A DNA stretch of 64,000 bases from Pseudomonadota bacterium. Its GTDB lineage: Bacteria; Pseudomonadota; Alphaproteobacteria; Rhizobiales; Beijerinckiaceae. Shown here piece by piece: positions 8,968-20,115 of the stretch; within the stretch, counting starts at the first letter, position 1, and each line of letters starts with the position of its first letter. The stretch covers positions 4,497 to 68,496 of the forward strand of contig JAJXWB010000020.1 in the NCBI GenBank assembly GCA_021781815.1, written 5' to 3'. The notes below the pieces were generated by a model. That model was not told the DNA's origin, did not search any database, and worked only from the letters and a program-made list of their open reading frames with translations. Position numbers and translations under genes: made by a program.

Positions 8968-9423
8968 ATGTCGGCGCCCTACAAGACGTATTATTTCGAG
9001 GACCTCCAGATCGGCCAGCGCGAGACGCTGATGAAGACCGTGATGGACGACGACGTCATAGCCTTCGCCGACCTGTCAGGCGACCGCAATCCTGTCCACC
9101 TGTCCGACCATTTCGCCCGCAAGACCCGATTCGGCGAGCGAATTGTGCATGGCCTCTACACCGCCAGCCTGATTTCGACGGTCATCGGCATGTATTTGCC
9201 CGGTCCCGGCGCGGTCTACCTGTCGCAGACGCTCAATTTCCGTGGGCCGGTAAAGATTGGCGACGTGATCAACGTCGTCGTCGAGGTGCAGGAACTGACC
9301 GAAAAGGGCCGGCGCGTGAAGCTGCATTGCGAATGTCTGGTCGACGGCAAGGTGGTCCTCGACGGCGAGGCGCTGGTGATGGCGCCGACGCGCAATCCCG
9401 CGCCGCGTTCCGCGGCAGGCTGA
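8968..9423 (+). CDS. MaoC-family (R)-specific enoyl-CoA hydratase/dehydratase
   Basis: 151 aa with the hot-dog fold signature FADLSGDRNPVHLS...ERIVHG. Confidence 0.85.
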   Translation: MSAPYKTYYFEDLQIGQRETLMKTVMDDDVIAFADLSGDRNPVHLSDHFARKTRFGERIVHGLYTASLISTVIGMYLPGPGAVYLSQTLNFRGPVKIGDVINVVVEVQELTEKGRRVKLHCECLVDGKVVLDGEALVMAPTRNPAPRSAAG

Positions 9424-9432
9424 GATATCAGC

Positions 9433-10392
9433 TTGAACGTACCCGCGCCCACCTTCATCGACGCGACCGACCCGGCCACGCCCCCGCCCGGGCTGGAGGG
9501 CGTCACCGTCGCCATCGGCAATTTCGATGGCCTGCACCGCGGGCACCGCGGCGTCATCGCGCGGGCCAGGGCGCTTGCCCGGAGGCTTGGCAAGCCCTGC
9601 GCCGTGCTCACTTTCGAGCCGCACCCCGCCGATTTTTTCGCAAAGACCGGCGTCATATTCCGGCTCACGCCGCACGAGGCGAAGGCCGCGTTTCTCCAGA
9701 AGCTCGGCCTCGACGGCCTCATCACGCTCTCCTTCGACGCCGCGCTCGCCAGCCTTTCCGCCCAGCAATTCGTCGATGACGTGCTGGTGCGCCGCCTTGG
9801 CGTGTCCGCCGTAGTGGCGGGCTACGATTTCCATTTCGGCGCCAAACGCCAGGGTACTCCGGAGTTTCTGAAGGCCGAGGGCGCCCGTCTCGGATTTGTG
9901 GTGGAAATCGTCGAGCGGATCTCGCAGGACGAGGAAGGCTCGCTCGAAGCTGTGTCCTCCACAGCAACGCGCGAGGCGCTGACGCGCGGCGACGTGGCGC
10001 TGGCCGCGCGCCTGCTAGGCCATGCATGGTTCGTCGAGGGCGAAGTCCTGCATGGCCGCAAGATCGGCCGCACGATCGGCTTTCCGACGGCCAATATTGC
10101 GCTCGACCCCTCCTGCAAACTGATGCATGGCATTTACGCCGTGACCCTTTCGGTCGATGGCGAAGTCCATGGCGGCGCAGCCAATTTCGGACGGCGGCCG
10201 ACCTTCGACGACGGGCCGCCGCTGCTTGAGGTTTACGTGCTCGATTTCGAGGGCGACCTGTATGGCAAGACGGTCGAGGTGGCTTTCGTCGGCTTCATCC
10301 GGCCGGAGGCGAAATTCGAATCCGTCGAGCAACTGGTCGCGCGCATGAGGGAAGATGTCGCGCAAGCGCGCCGGATGCTGGCGTCGCGATAA
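9433..10392 (+). CDS. ribF: bifunctional riboflavin kinase / FAD synthetase
   Basis: 319 aa. N-terminal FMN adenylyltransferase motifs are present (AIGNFDGLHRGH). The C-terminal riboflavin kinase region reads GRKIGRTIGFPTANI...ANFGRRPTF. The start codon is TTG. Confidence 0.9.
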   Translation: MNVPAPTFIDATDPATPPPGLEGVTVAIGNFDGLHRGHRGVIARARALARRLGKPCAVLTFEPHPADFFAKTGVIFRLTPHEAKAAFLQKLGLDGLITLSFDAALASLSAQQFVDDVLVRRLGVSAVVAGYDFHFGAKRQGTPEFLKAEGARLGFVVEIVERISQDEEGSLEAVSSTATREALTRGDVALAARLLGHAWFVEGEVLHGRKIGRTIGFPTANIALDPSCKLMHGIYAVTLSVDGEVHGGAANFGRRPTFDDGPPLLEVYVLDFEGDLYGKTVEVAFVGFIRPEAKFESVEQLVARMREDVAQARRMLASR

Positions 10393-10497
10393 CAAGGCAA
10401 AGAGGAAACAGCGCTTTCAGACGAGCCCCGACTCAAGCTGTCTCGCCACAGGCCCAGGCCAGCACGATCCATTTCATCATCGCCGCGGAGCAGAATT

Positions 10498-11745
10498 GTG
10501 GAAAACGACGCCGGGTTGCAGGATGTTCTCCACGATGCGGCCGATTATCGCGTCCGGCATGTCTCCTGCGGGAGTGAGCGCGTCTGCGTCATAACCTTCG
10601 CATCGCTGACCGATACGCATGATCTCGACCAGCCGGGGTTCGGGGAAGAGTTCCTCAAGCAGCACGGAATCGACGCCGTCCATGTCATCATCAGGACCAA
10701 CGTCTGGTATTTCTTCGATGATTTCGACATCGCGCTTGAACGAATCCGCGCCGTCGCCCGACGTTACGACCGTGTCCTGACCTATGGATCGAGCATGGGC
10801 GGCTATGCGGCCATTCGTTTCGCCGAAACGCTGGGCGCGGATGTCGCGGTTGCGATTTCGCCGCAGTACAGCGTGTCGAAACGCATCGCCCCGTTCGAGA
10901 TCCGCTGGCGGCACCTTACGCCCGACAATTCGCCGGTTCACGAAGAACCGGAGCATGGTTCGGCGAAGGTCGCGCCCATCGTCTTTTATGATCCGCAAGA
11001 TCTCGACGCCCGGCACTTCCGCCTCGTCGCCGCGCATTACCCACGCACAGTAGGCGTAGCCATGCCGCACGCCGGCCACCCGGCCGGCGGCATGCTGGCC
11101 GAAACCCACCTGCTGTCCCGCGCCATTCTCGACATCGTTGACGGGCCGTTCGATTCGCGCGCGCTGGCGCAGGAATTGCGCGCGCGGCGACGTCAGTCCG
11201 GGCACTATCTTCTCACCGTCGCGCGGCGCATCGGCCCGGCGCACATGCGTTGGAAAAGCGCGCTGGCGCAGGCGGCCGTAGCGGCCAAACGCGAGGCCGT
11301 CTATCTGATCTACGATGGCGTATTGCGCGAAAAGCTTGGCGACGCCGCGGCCTGCGAGGCGCAATTGCTGGAGGCCGCGCGCGTCCTTCCAAACCATCCC
11401 GCGCCGCTGCGCGCGCTGGCGTCATTCGAAATCCGGCGCGGCGGCGCCGAAGCGGCGGTGAGGTATGCGCGCCAGCTTTGCGCCATCGATCCGCAACCGC
11501 ACTATCAGCGAATGCTGATGTGTGCGCTGGCGCTCACGGGGCAGACCGGAGAGGCGCGCGAGATCGCCGCGGCGCTCGGATCGGGATTTCTTCTGCGCGC
11601 CTCCCTGTCGGGCGCTGCTTTCCTCGTCCCCACCCGCGCGCTGCGCCGCTGGTGGGCTAGGGACTATACGATCAAGATCGAATTCGACATGCTCGACGAA
11701 TGGCGCTGGCGAAAGAATGAACGACAGCGCTTTTTGCACGCCTGA
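10498..11745 (+). CDS. hypothetical alpha/beta-hydrolase-like protein with a helical (TPR-like) C-terminal half
   Basis: 415 aa with a GTG start. It has a GxSxG nucleophile elbow (YGSSMGGYAA) and plausible Asp (YDPQDLD) and His (MPHAGHP) residues. The C-terminal ~180 aa are Ala/Leu-rich helical repeats. I do not recognise a named family. Confidence 0.6.
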   Translation: MENDAGLQDVLHDAADYRVRHVSCGSERVCVITFASLTDTHDLDQPGFGEEFLKQHGIDAVHVIIRTNVWYFFDDFDIALERIRAVARRYDRVLTYGSSMGGYAAIRFAETLGADVAVAISPQYSVSKRIAPFEIRWRHLTPDNSPVHEEPEHGSAKVAPIVFYDPQDLDARHFRLVAAHYPRTVGVAMPHAGHPAGGMLAETHLLSRAILDIVDGPFDSRALAQELRARRRQSGHYLLTVARRIGPAHMRWKSALAQAAVAAKREAVYLIYDGVLREKLGDAAACEAQLLEAARVLPNHPAPLRALASFEIRRGGAEAAVRYARQLCAIDPQPHYQRMLMCALALTGQTGEAREIAAALGSGFLLRASLSGAAFLVPTRALRRWWARDYTIKIEFDMLDEWRWRKNERQRFLHA

Positions 11746-11884
11746 CCCTCGAAGGCAGTCGCGTCGCCAGCCCTTCGCCATCGGGCCAATTCGCGGGTGT
11801 CGTTCGATTGACCGCGTCTGCGCCGCCTTTTCGCATTGAACAGCCGCAGGCGGACGCCTATCTGTTGCGCCGCGAGGCAGACAC

Positions 11885-12193
11885 ATGAACCCTGAGCGTC
11901 CCGACGACGACCCGCGCATCGAGCGTCCGCGCGGCGAGATCGAAATCATCCCGCCGGGCGAGCGCGCACGTGGCGAGCCGGCCCCGCCCCATGGCTTTGA
12001 AAACGCTTCGTTCGGCCGCGCCTTCGTCTTCAGTCCGCGCGGCGGAATTCTTTCCACGTTTCTTGTCGCGCTCGGGGCGGCTGCGGTGTTTGCGCTGCTG
12101 CTTGGAACTTTCGCCCTGGTCGCCAGCGTCGCCGCAGTTGCCATCGCAGCATTCTATCTGCGAAACAGCATCCGGCGCTGGCTTGGCCGCTGA
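11885..12193 (+). CDS. hypothetical small membrane protein
   Basis: 102 aa with a charged N-terminus followed by about 45 hydrophobic residues (ILSTFLVALGAAAVFALLLGTFALVASVAAVAIAAFYL). Third-position GC looks coding-like. Confidence 0.45.
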   Translation: MNPERPDDDPRIERPRGEIEIIPPGERARGEPAPPHGFENASFGRAFVFSPRGGILSTFLVALGAAAVFALLLGTFALVASVAAVAIAAFYLRNSIRRWLGR

Positions 12194-12233
12194 GCCGGCG
12201 CCTTTCGTCCATAGAGACAAAATGGAGTTGAGC

Positions 12234-12494
12234 ATGAAACGGATTTTTGCTTTCGCGCTGCTGTCCCTTCTCGCCATGCCGGCGCTCGGCGTCGGCGAGG
12301 CGTCGGCCAAAGGCTGCATCAAGGGCGCCATCCTCGGCGGCATCGCCGGCCATATGGCTGGACACGGGCTGGCTGGCGCCGCCGCCGGCTGCGTCATCGG
12401 CCGTCACAACGCGAACGCCAAGGCGAAGGCACAAAAGCAATTGCAGCAGCAGGACCAGCAGGCGCTGCCCGCGCCGGCTCAGAAGAGCATGTAA
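12234..12494 (+). CDS. small secreted glycine-zipper protein
   Basis: 86 aa from the ATG at 12234, with a GGAG about 8 nt upstream. It has a signal peptide (MKRIFAFALLSLLAMPALGVGEASA) and then a Gly-zipper, GAILGGIAGHMAGHGLAGAAAG. Confidence 0.5.
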   Translation: MKRIFAFALLSLLAMPALGVGEASAKGCIKGAILGGIAGHMAGHGLAGAAAGCVIGRHNANAKAKAQKQLQQQDQQALPAPAQKSM

Positions 12495-12843
12495 ACAAGG
12501 GCGTCGGGGGTCAATCCGGCAGGAGCGTCGGCGACCCCGCCGGCTCATCGCGACCGGGCCAGTCTTCGGCGCAAACGGCGGCCCGCGGCCCGCCGTTTCG
12601 CCGTGGCGCCTTGGGGGGCCCAGATTACCGGCAGGCGCGATCCCTTTCGGCAGGAGCCGCTCCGGGTGTTTTCGCACGCGCCAAACGTGCTATAGCAGCG
12701 CCATGGTCGACGCCTGCTTCATCATGCGAATTATGCGCCCGGACCGCGCTTGAGCCTGAACTCGCGCGGCGCCGGGCACATCGCTTCGACCTCATCCCTT
12801 TCCAGCCGCCGGTTTCACGCGGCCCTCGTCATACGGTTGCGCC

Positions 12844-15800
12844 ATGAACGACCAGAAAAAGGCCGAAAAATCCGGCCCTGACTATTCCGCCAGTCTCTAC
12901 CTGCCGCAGACGGAATTTCCGATGCGCGCCGGACTGCCGAAGAAGGAGCCGGAGATTCTGGCCCGCTGGAACGAGATCGACCTCTATGCGCGCCTGCGCG
13001 AGGAGGGCAAGGGCCGCAAGAAATTCGTGCTGCACGACGGGCCTCCCTACGCCAATGGCGCGATCCATATCGGCCATGCGCTCAACAAGACGCTGAAGGA
13101 TCTCGTCACGCGCTCGCAGCAGATGCTCGGCAAGGATTCCAACTACGTGCCGGGCTGGGACTGCCACGGCCTGCCGATCGAGTGGAAGATCGAGGAAGAA
13201 AACTACCGCTCCAAGGGCAGGCAGAAACCCGACCTGCGCGACAGCGCGGCCATGATCGCCTTCCGCCGGGAATGTCGCGCCTACGCCGACCATTGGGTGA
13301 ATGTGCAGCGCGAGGAGTTCAAGCGGCTGGGCGTCGTCGGCGATTGGGCCAATCCGTATCTGACCATGACCTATCCGGCCGAAGCGCAGATCGCCCGCGA
13401 ACTGATGAAGTTCGCAGCCAACGGGCTGTTGTATCGCGGGTCGAAGCCGGTGATGTGGTCGGTCGTGGAAAAGACCGCGCTGGCGGAGGCCGAAGTCGAA
13501 TACGAGGACCACGTCAGCGATACGGTGTGGGTGGCGTTTCCGGTTAAGAACTCGATCGGTAACCGTGAAGACGACAAGGCAGCGGTTTACTTGGGTTTGG
13601 CGCCGAGCGTCGTCATCTGGACCACAACTCCGTGGACGCTGCCGGGCAACCGCGCGATCTGCTATTCGCATCGCATCGACTACGGCCTCTATCGCGTCAC
13701 GCAGGCGCCCGCCGACAATTGGGCGAAGGTCGGCGCGACCTACATCCTCGCCGACAAGCTCGCAGCCGACGTGTTCAAGTCATCGAAGGTCGAAGCCTTT
13801 GAGCGCCTGCGCGATGTGAAGGCCGACGAGATGAAGGGCGTCGTCTGCGCCCATCCGCTCGCCGGCCTCGGCGGAGGCTATGAATTCGACGTGCCCCTCA
13901 TCGACGGCGATCACGTCACCGACGACACCGGCACGGGCTTCGTCCACACCGCGCCCGGCCACGGCCGCGAGGACTTCGACATCTGGATGTCGTCCGGCCG
14001 CATGCTAACCGCGCGCGGCATCGACACGCGCATCCCCTACACGGTCGATGAAGACGGCTTCTACACCAAGGACGCGCCGGGCTTTGCGGGCAAGCGCGTC
14101 ATCACCGACAAGGGCGACAAGGGCGACGCCAACGACGCCGTCATCAAGGCGCTGGTCGAAAGCGACGCCCTTATCGCACGCGGCAGACTGAAACATCAGT
14201 ATCCGCATAGCTGGCGCTCGAAGAAGCCGGTCATCTTCCGCAATACGCCGCAATGGTTCGTGGCGATGGACAAGCCGTTCGACGTGGCCGGCGAGCACAA
14301 GGACGGTCTCCGTGCCGTCGCGCTCGACGAGATCGGCAAGACGCGCTGGGCGCCGCCGGCCGGCCAGAACCGCATCACCGGCATGATCGCCGCAAAACCC
14401 GACTGGGTGATGTCGCGTCAGCGCGCGTGGGGCGTGCCGATCGCGGTCTTCGTCCGCAAGGGCGAGCACACGCCGCTGATCGACGAGAAGGTAAACGAGC
14501 GCATCGCCAGCGCCTTCGAGACCGAAGGCGCGGACGCCTGGTTCGCTGACGGCGCCAAGGCGCGGTTCCTCGGGCCGAACTACAATCCGGACGATTACGA
14601 CAAGGTCGACGACGTGCTCGACGTGTGGTTCGATTCCGGCTCGACGCACGCCTTCGTGCTCGAAGATCCCAAGCATTTCCCCGGCCTTGCGGGTATCCAC
14701 CGCATCCGCGACGGCGGGCAGGACGAGGTCATGTATCTCGAAGGCTCGGACCAGCATCGCGGCTGGTTCCATTCCTCGCTGCTGGAATCCTGCGGCACGC
14801 GCGGTCGCGCGCCCTACGACGTCGTGCTGACGCACGGCTTCACGCTGGACGAGCACGGCCGCAAGATGTCGAAGTCGCAGTTCAATGCGCTGGCGCCGGA
14901 CAAGCTGATCAACGAAATGGGCGCCGATATCCTGCGCCTGTGGGCGGCGAGCGTGGACTATTCCGACGACCAGCGGCTCGGCGCCGAAATCCTGAAATTC
15001 ACGACCGACAATTATCGCAAGCTGCGCAACACCATCCGCTGGATGCTCGGCACGCTCGCACACTTTGCGCCTGACGATCGCGTCGATCCCGCGGAAATGC
15101 CGGAACTCGAACGCGTGATGCTGCATCGTCTGTCGGAGGTCGACGCGATCGTGCAGCAGGCCTATGCCGATTTCGACTTCAAGAAGGTGGTCGCGGCCGT
15201 CACGCCGTTCATGACCGGCGATTGCTCGGCCTTCTATTTCGACATCCGCAAAGACGCGCTCTATTGCGAAGCGCCGTCGAGCCATCTGCGCAAATCCGCG
15301 CTGACTTCGGTCGATCTGATCTGCGACGCCGTGCTCAAATGGCTTGCGCCGATCCTGGTATTCACGACCGACGAAGCCTGGGCGCTGTATCGGCCTGCGG
15401 CCAGGCCCTCCGTGCATCTCGAACTTTTCCCGCACAATCTCGGGCGGTTCCGCAACGAGGCGCTGGCCGAGCGCTGGCGCAAGATTCGCCGGGTGCGCTC
15501 GGTCGTCACCGGGGCGTTGGAAATCGAGCGCGCCAACAAGACTATCGGCTCCTCGCTCGAAGCCGCTCCAACCGTGTATGTCGCCGATTCCGACCTGCGC
15601 GCGGCGCTCGAGGGGATCGATTTCGCGGAAGTCTGCATCACCTCCGCCATCGACGTCCGCAACGGCGAGGGGCCGGCTGACGCATTCCGGCTGCCGGAGG
15701 TCGCCGGCGTCGCGGTGGCTCCGGCGCGCGCCGAGGGACGCAAGTGCGCGCGCTCCTGGAAAATCTCGCAACTCGTCGGGAGCGACCACGAATTCCCGGA

Positions 15801-15861
15801 CGTTACCCCGCGCGACGCCGCGGCCCTGCGCGAATTGCGGGCGCTCGGCCGGTGGGAATGA
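12844..15861 (+). CDS. ileS: isoleucine--tRNA ligase
   Basis: 1005 aa with the HIGH motif ([14 protein letters not shown]) and the KMSKS motif (GRKMSKSQ). Confidence 0.98.
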   Translation: MNDQKKAEKSGPDYSASLYLPQTEFPMRAGLPKKEPEILARWNEIDLYARLREEGKGRKKFVLHDGPPYANGAIHIGHALNKTLKDLVTRSQQMLGKDSNYVPGWDCHGLPIEWKIEEENYRSKGRQKPDLRDSAAMIAFRRECRAYADHWVNVQREEFKRLGVVGDWANPYLTMTYPAEAQIARELMKFAANGLLYRGSKPVMWSVVEKTALAEAEVEYEDHVSDTVWVAFPVKNSIGNREDDKAAVYLGLAPSVVIWTTTPWTLPGNRAICYSHRIDYGLYRVTQAPADNWAKVGATYILADKLAADVFKSSKVEAFERLRDVKADEMKGVVCAHPLAGLGGGYEFDVPLIDGDHVTDDTGTGFVHTAPGHGREDFDIWMSSGRMLTARGIDTRIPYTVDEDGFYTKDAPGFAGKRVITDKGDKGDANDAVIKALVESDALIARGRLKHQYPHSWRSKKPVIFRNTPQWFVAMDKPFDVAGEHKDGLRAVALDEIGKTRWAPPAGQNRITGMIAAKPDWVMSRQRAWGVPIAVFVRKGEHTPLIDEKVNERIASAFETEGADAWFADGAKARFLGPNYNPDDYDKVDDVLDVWFDSGSTHAFVLEDPKHFPGLAGIHRIRDGGQDEVMYLEGSDQHRGWFHSSLLESCGTRGRAPYDVVLTHGFTLDEHGRKMSKSQFNALAPDKLINEMGADILRLWAASVDYSDDQRLGAEILKFTTDNYRKLRNTIRWMLGTLAHFAPDDRVDPAEMPELERVMLHRLSEVDAIVQQAYADFDFKKVVAAVTPFMTGDCSAFYFDIRKDALYCEAPSSHLRKSALTSVDLICDAVLKWLAPILVFTTDEAWALYRPAARPSVHLELFPHNLGRFRNEALAERWRKIRRVRSVVTGALEIERANKTIGSSLEAAPTVYVADSDLRAALEGIDFAEVCITSAIDVRNGEGPADAFRLPEVAGVAVAPARAEGRKCARSWKISQLVGSDHEFPDVTPRDAAALRELRALGRWE

Positions 15862-16388
15862 AACTTCGCCTGCGCCTGACCGGTGTCGCGACGGCGGCTC
15901 TCGCCTTCGCGGCCGACCAGATTTCCAAATACTGGTTCATCCAGATCTTCGATATCGGTTCGCGGCAGCCGATCCGGCTGACGCCATTCCTCGACCTGGT
16001 AATGGCCTGGAATCCGGGCATTTCGTACTCGATGCTGTCAGCGGACGGTTCGCTCGGCCGGTGGGCGTTGCTCGCGCTGGCTGCGGCGGCGACCGCCGTA
16101 TTTGGCTTCTGGCTATCGCGCGCCGCCGACTGGCTGACTGCTGTCGCGCTCGGGCTCGTGATCGGCGGCGCTCTCGGCAATGCGCTGGATCGCTGGGCCT
16201 ATGGCGCAGTCGCCGATTTCTTCTTTCTTCACACGGCGCTGCCGGTCGGTCCACTCGCAAATTACGTGTTCAATGTCGCGGATTGCGGCATCGTTGCGGG
16301 CGTCGCCCTGCTCCTGTATGACTCCGTCCGCGCGCGCCCGCCGACCGGGGTCGAGACGGCGCCGGCGCCTCCAAATCGCCGCGAATGA
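15858..16388 (+). CDS. lspA: signal peptidase II (lipoprotein signal peptidase)
   Basis: The ATG at 15858 overlaps the ileS stop (ATGA). The 176-aa product starts [26 protein letters not shown], has 4 TM segments, and contains the [10 protein letters not shown] motif. The ileS-lspA arrangement is a conserved synteny. Confidence 0.9.
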   Translation: MKLRLRLTGVATAALAFAADQISKYWFIQIFDIGSRQPIRLTPFLDLVMAWNPGISYSMLSADGSLGRWALLALAAAATAVFGFWLSRAADWLTAVALGLVIGGALGNALDRWAYGAVADFFFLHTALPVGPLANYVFNVADCGIVAGVALLLYDSVRARPPTGVETAPAPPNRRE

Positions 16389-16465
16389 GTCGCAGAGCGT
16401 GTGGGGCGCGGGGCCGGGCTCCAGCTTCGGGGCGGACCGGGCCAAGGCGCGCAGGGGGCGTTGAA

Positions 16466-17173
16466 ATGAGGAATTTCGGCATGAAAGGCGGCGTAATTCG
16501 CACTCGGCTTGGCTTAGGCGCGGCGGCGGCGGCCTTGGTCTGGACCGGCTTCGTGGCGTCCTCCATTCCGGCGCGTGCGTTCGACGACAAGCCGTCGACC
16601 TTCGAGCCGTTGCTCAATGCCGTCGGGCTCGGCAAGGACAATGAAGAGAAGCAGAACATCGATTTTCGCGAGCGGCCCAAGCTCGTCGTTCCCAAGGACG
16701 CCGATCTGCCGCCGCCACAGGATACAAAGCAGACCCGCGCCGCCAACTGGCCGCAGGATCCCGAGGCCGCGCGCCACCGGGCGGCGAAGGCCGCTGAACG
16801 CGCGCCCCGCTCAATCGATTTCCACGCGAACGAAGTGCTGAGCAATGCCGAATTGCAGCAAGGGCGCACGAACGCGGCGCCGACTTCGCCAGAACTCTGC
16901 GAAACGAGATATAATGGCGTCCCGGATTGCGGCGCTCTCACTCCTGTCGAAAAGCTGAAGCGCGTTTTCTCGCTCGGCTCGAACGACACCGCCGAGGCGG
17001 TCAAGCCGGGCGCCGAGCCCGAGCGCGAGTACCTGACAGAGCCACCGAAGGGATACCGCGCGGCGACCCGGGAAACCAAATACCAGCAGGGCGCGCCCGA
17101 CAAGAGATACGAGGCCCCAACGGCCTCCGACTATGCGCGCGGCGTCGACCCGAACAGGACATCGGACCAGTAA
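16466..17173 (+). CDS. hypothetical exported protein
   Basis: Has a signal peptide after the ATG at 16466 (MRNFGMKGGVIRTRLGLGAAAAALVWTGFVASSIPARA). The rest is hydrophilic and Pro/Glu/Lys-rich. No family recognised. Confidence 0.55.
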   Translation: MRNFGMKGGVIRTRLGLGAAAAALVWTGFVASSIPARAFDDKPSTFEPLLNAVGLGKDNEEKQNIDFRERPKLVVPKDADLPPPQDTKQTRAANWPQDPEAARHRAAKAAERAPRSIDFHANEVLSNAELQQGRTNAAPTSPELCETRYNGVPDCGALTPVEKLKRVFSLGSNDTAEAVKPGAEPEREYLTEPPKGYRAATRETKYQQGAPDKRYEAPTASDYARGVDPNRTSDQ

Positions 17174-17182
17174 GGGATGCTA

Positions 17183-17209
17183 CGCCCGCGCTGTTGTGAG
17201 GCGCGGGCG
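17183..17209 (+). terminator. GC-rich hairpin downstream of the hypothetical exported protein gene
   Basis: CGCCCGCGC-tgttgtgag-GCGCGGGCG forms a 9-bp perfect stem. It lies 10 nt after the stop at 17173 and is followed by attcactatatt, which is a weak T tract. Confidence 0.4.
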
Positions 17210-17374
17210 ATTCACTATATTGGCGACAAGGGCGCACGCGCGACGCGGCGCGTCCGGGCGCCGTTTCCTCCGCGACATTTCGTCCGCGCAAGATTCGTCG
17301 CGCTGCCTCCATAGCCCGTGGGACATATTGGATCCGGGGCTTGCCTGGGGTCGTCACGTCGCCCAAGGAGCCGC

Positions 17375-18691
17375 ATGACCGCCCAGTCCAACGCCGACAC
17401 CGCCCAGCCGAAAAGCCGCCCCGGCCCGTCCATCACGCATTTGCGGCTCGAAAACGGGATGGATGTGGTCGTCATTCCGGACCGGCGCGCGCCCGTTGTC
17501 ACGCACATGGTCTGGTACCGGAACGGCGCCGCCGACGATCCGCCGTTGAAATCCGGCATCGCCCATTTCCTCGAACACCTGATGTTCAAGGGAACAAAGC
17601 GCCATCCGCAGGGCGAATTCTCGCAGCTCGTCGCCGACCTCGGCGGTCAGGAGAACGCCTTCACCGGACACGATTACACGGCATACTTCCAGCGCGTGCC
17701 ACGCGAACATCTGGCCACGGTGATGGAATACGAGACTGACCGGATGACCAACCTCGTCCTGACCGACGAGGTGGTGACGCCGGAGCGCGACGTGGTGCTC
17801 GAGGAGCGCCGGATGCGCACCGACAGCGATCCGTCCGCCGAATTGAGCGAAGCCGTGCAATCCGCGCTGTTTGCGCATCATCCCTACGGCACGCCGATCA
17901 TCGGCTGGGAGCATGAGATCGAGACGCTCGGGCGCGAGGACGCACTTGCCTATTATCAGCGTTTCTACACGCCGGAGAACGCGATTCTCGTCGTCGCCGG
18001 CGATGTAGAGCCGCAAGACGTCGAACGCCTCGCACGAGAAACCTACGGAATGGTTCCGGCTCGCGGCGCAGCGCCGGAGCGCCGCCGCCCGCAGGAACCG
18101 GTCTCGCGCGCCCACAGACTTGTCACGCTCGCCGATCCCAAGGTCGAGCAGGCGACGCTCGAGCGCGTCTATATCGTGCCGTCGGTTCGCACCGCCGCGC
18201 CCGGAGAATCCGAGGCGCTGGAAGTGATGGCGCATCTGCTCGGCGGCGGCCAGACGAGCGCGCTCTATAAGCGTCTGGTGCTCGACCGGAAGCTGGCCGT
18301 CGGCGCCGGCGCCTATTATCTCGGCTCCTCGCTCGATGCGACGCGGCTCTGGGTCTATGGCGTGCCAGCGCCGGGTGTCTCGCTGCAGGATTTCGATGCG
18401 GCGATCGACGCGGCGCTCGCGGAATTCATCGACACACGCCCCTCGGAAAAGGATTTCGTGCGCGCGAAAACACGGCTTGTGGCCGACGCGGTCTACGCGC
18501 AGGACAGCCAGGTCGCGCTCGCACGCTGGTATGGCGCAGCTCTGGCGACCGGCGAGACAATCGAGGAGGTGACGGGCTGGGCCAACCGCATCGAGGCCGT
18601 GACAATCGACGACGTGGTTGGCGTCGCCCGCAAATGGCTCGACAAACGGCGCGCCGTGACCGGTTTCCTCCAGCCGGAGGCGCAGGCGTGA
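17375..18691 (+). CDS. M16-family zinc peptidase (pitrilysin/insulinase-like), catalytic subunit
   Basis: Carries the inverted zinc motif HxxEH (HFLEHLMFKGT). I use the ATG at 17375, which is preceded by AAGGAG. Confidence 0.9.
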   Translation: MTAQSNADTAQPKSRPGPSITHLRLENGMDVVVIPDRRAPVVTHMVWYRNGAADDPPLKSGIAHFLEHLMFKGTKRHPQGEFSQLVADLGGQENAFTGHDYTAYFQRVPREHLATVMEYETDRMTNLVLTDEVVTPERDVVLEERRMRTDSDPSAELSEAVQSALFAHHPYGTPIIGWEHEIETLGREDALAYYQRFYTPENAILVVAGDVEPQDVERLARETYGMVPARGAAPERRRPQEPVSRAHRLVTLADPKVEQATLERVYIVPSVRTAAPGESEALEVMAHLLGGGQTSALYKRLVLDRKLAVGAGAYYLGSSLDATRLWVYGVPAPGVSLQDFDAAIDAALAEFIDTRPSEKDFVRAKTRLVADAVYAQDSQVALARWYGAALATGETIEEVTGWANRIEAVTIDDVVGVARKWLDKRRAVTGFLQPEAQA

Positions 18692-19968
18692 GCGATCTCT
18701 TTCCCATCCCCGAAATCTCGCGCGCCGCGACGGTCCAGACGATCCGCTCGCCGGGCGGCGTCGAAGCCTGGCTCGTCGAAGATTACGCGGTGCCGCTGGT
18801 CGCGGCGCAATTCGCCTTCCGCGGCGGCGCGTCACAGGATGCAGCGTCCGCTCCAGGGCTCGCGACATTGCTCGCCGGCCTGCTCGATGAAGGCGCCGGT
18901 CCCTACGATTCGGCGGGATTTCACGAAGCGATCGACGATCTCGCCGTGCACATGCATTTCTCGGCCGATCGTGACTATGCGGCCGGACATTTCCAGACGC
19001 TCTCGAAGAATCTCGACGCCGCCTTCGAGCTGATGCGGCTGGCCGTCTGCGAGGCGCGGCTTGAGCAAGCCTCGATCGAGCGCGTCACTGCGCAACTCGT
19101 CGCCAGCCTGCGTCGCGAATTGAAGGATCCGGACGCCGTGGCGTCCCGTACATTCCGCGCTGCGGCGTTTGCAAACCATCCTTACGGGCGGGCCACGCGC
19201 GGCGAGATCGAAACGATGCCTGCCCTGACGCGCGCCAGTCTGCTCGACATGCGCGATCGGATGTTCGCCCGCGACAACCTGATCGTAGCCGTCGTCGGCG
19301 CGATCGACGCCGCGACGCTCGGCGCGCAACTCGATCGCGTGTTCGGCGCCTTGCCGGAGAAAAGCCGCCTCGACCCGGTCGCGCCCGTCGAAATCGGCGG
19401 TCTCGGCTCGCGCATCGTGGCGACCGTCGACGTACCGCAGGCGACCATACGCTTCGGCCGGGCCGGTCTCGACCGGAACGACCCGGACTTTGTCGCGGGT
19501 ATAGTGGTCAACCACATCCTCGGCGGCGGCGCTTTCACGGCGCGCCTGTTCCGCGAAGTGCGCGAGAAGCGCGGCCTCGCGTACTCTGTCTATTCGCATC
19601 TGCAGAACTACGATCGCGCGGCCATGCTGCTCGGCGGCACGTCGACGAAGAACGAACGGGCAGCCGAGTCGCTGGCGGTGATCGAGGAGCAGATCCGCGA
19701 TCTCGCGGAGAATGGACCGACCGAAGACGAACTGGCCAAGGCGCGCAAGTTCCTGATCGGCTCCTATGCGCTCCGGTTCGACACCTCGACCAAGATCGCC
19801 GGCAATCTCCTGCACCTGCAGCTTGAGGGCCGCACACCGTCCTATCTCGACGACCGCAATCGACTGGTTGCGGCGGTGACGCTCGACGACGCGAAGCGGG
19901 CCGCGCGGCGCCTGTTCGGCGACGGCGAACTGCTGGTGACGGTAGCCGGGAAGCCAGTGGGGATGTGA
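18688..19968 (+). CDS. M16-family peptidase, second (non-catalytic-like) subunit
   Basis: The GTG at 18688 overlaps the upstream stop (GTGA). The product has the M16 fold pattern but I saw no HxxEH motif. This paired arrangement is typical of M16 peptidases. Confidence 0.85.
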   Translation: MSDLFPIPEISRAATVQTIRSPGGVEAWLVEDYAVPLVAAQFAFRGGASQDAASAPGLATLLAGLLDEGAGPYDSAGFHEAIDDLAVHMHFSADRDYAAGHFQTLSKNLDAAFELMRLAVCEARLEQASIERVTAQLVASLRRELKDPDAVASRTFRAAAFANHPYGRATRGEIETMPALTRASLLDMRDRMFARDNLIVAVVGAIDAATLGAQLDRVFGALPEKSRLDPVAPVEIGGLGSRIVATVDVPQATIRFGRAGLDRNDPDFVAGIVVNHILGGGAFTARLFREVREKRGLAYSVYSHLQNYDRAAMLLGGTSTKNERAAESLAVIEEQIRDLAENGPTEDELAKARKFLIGSYALRFDTSTKIAGNLLHLQLEGRTPSYLDDRNRLVAAVTLDDAKRAARRLFGDGELLVTVAGKPVGM

Positions 19969-20115
19969 ACGGATCGGACTGCGACCGGATGAGGTGACCG
20001 CGCCGCAGCCAGCAGACTGATGACGCCCGCAGAACGTGCTAAATGCAGGCATGATGTCGTTCGATTCTACGACCGTGCGGCAAGCGCCGCGAAACCGCGT
20101 GAGCGGGGCGAACCG

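Noticed and set aside
12495-12843. Possible leader or riboswitch in the 350-bp region upstream of ileS
   Set aside because: There is only one notable hairpin (AAACGGCGG-N8-CCGCCGTTT, 12573-12598), which is most simply a terminator-like structure for the upstream small gene. T-box leaders are not expected in this phylum, and I saw no conserved riboswitch core.
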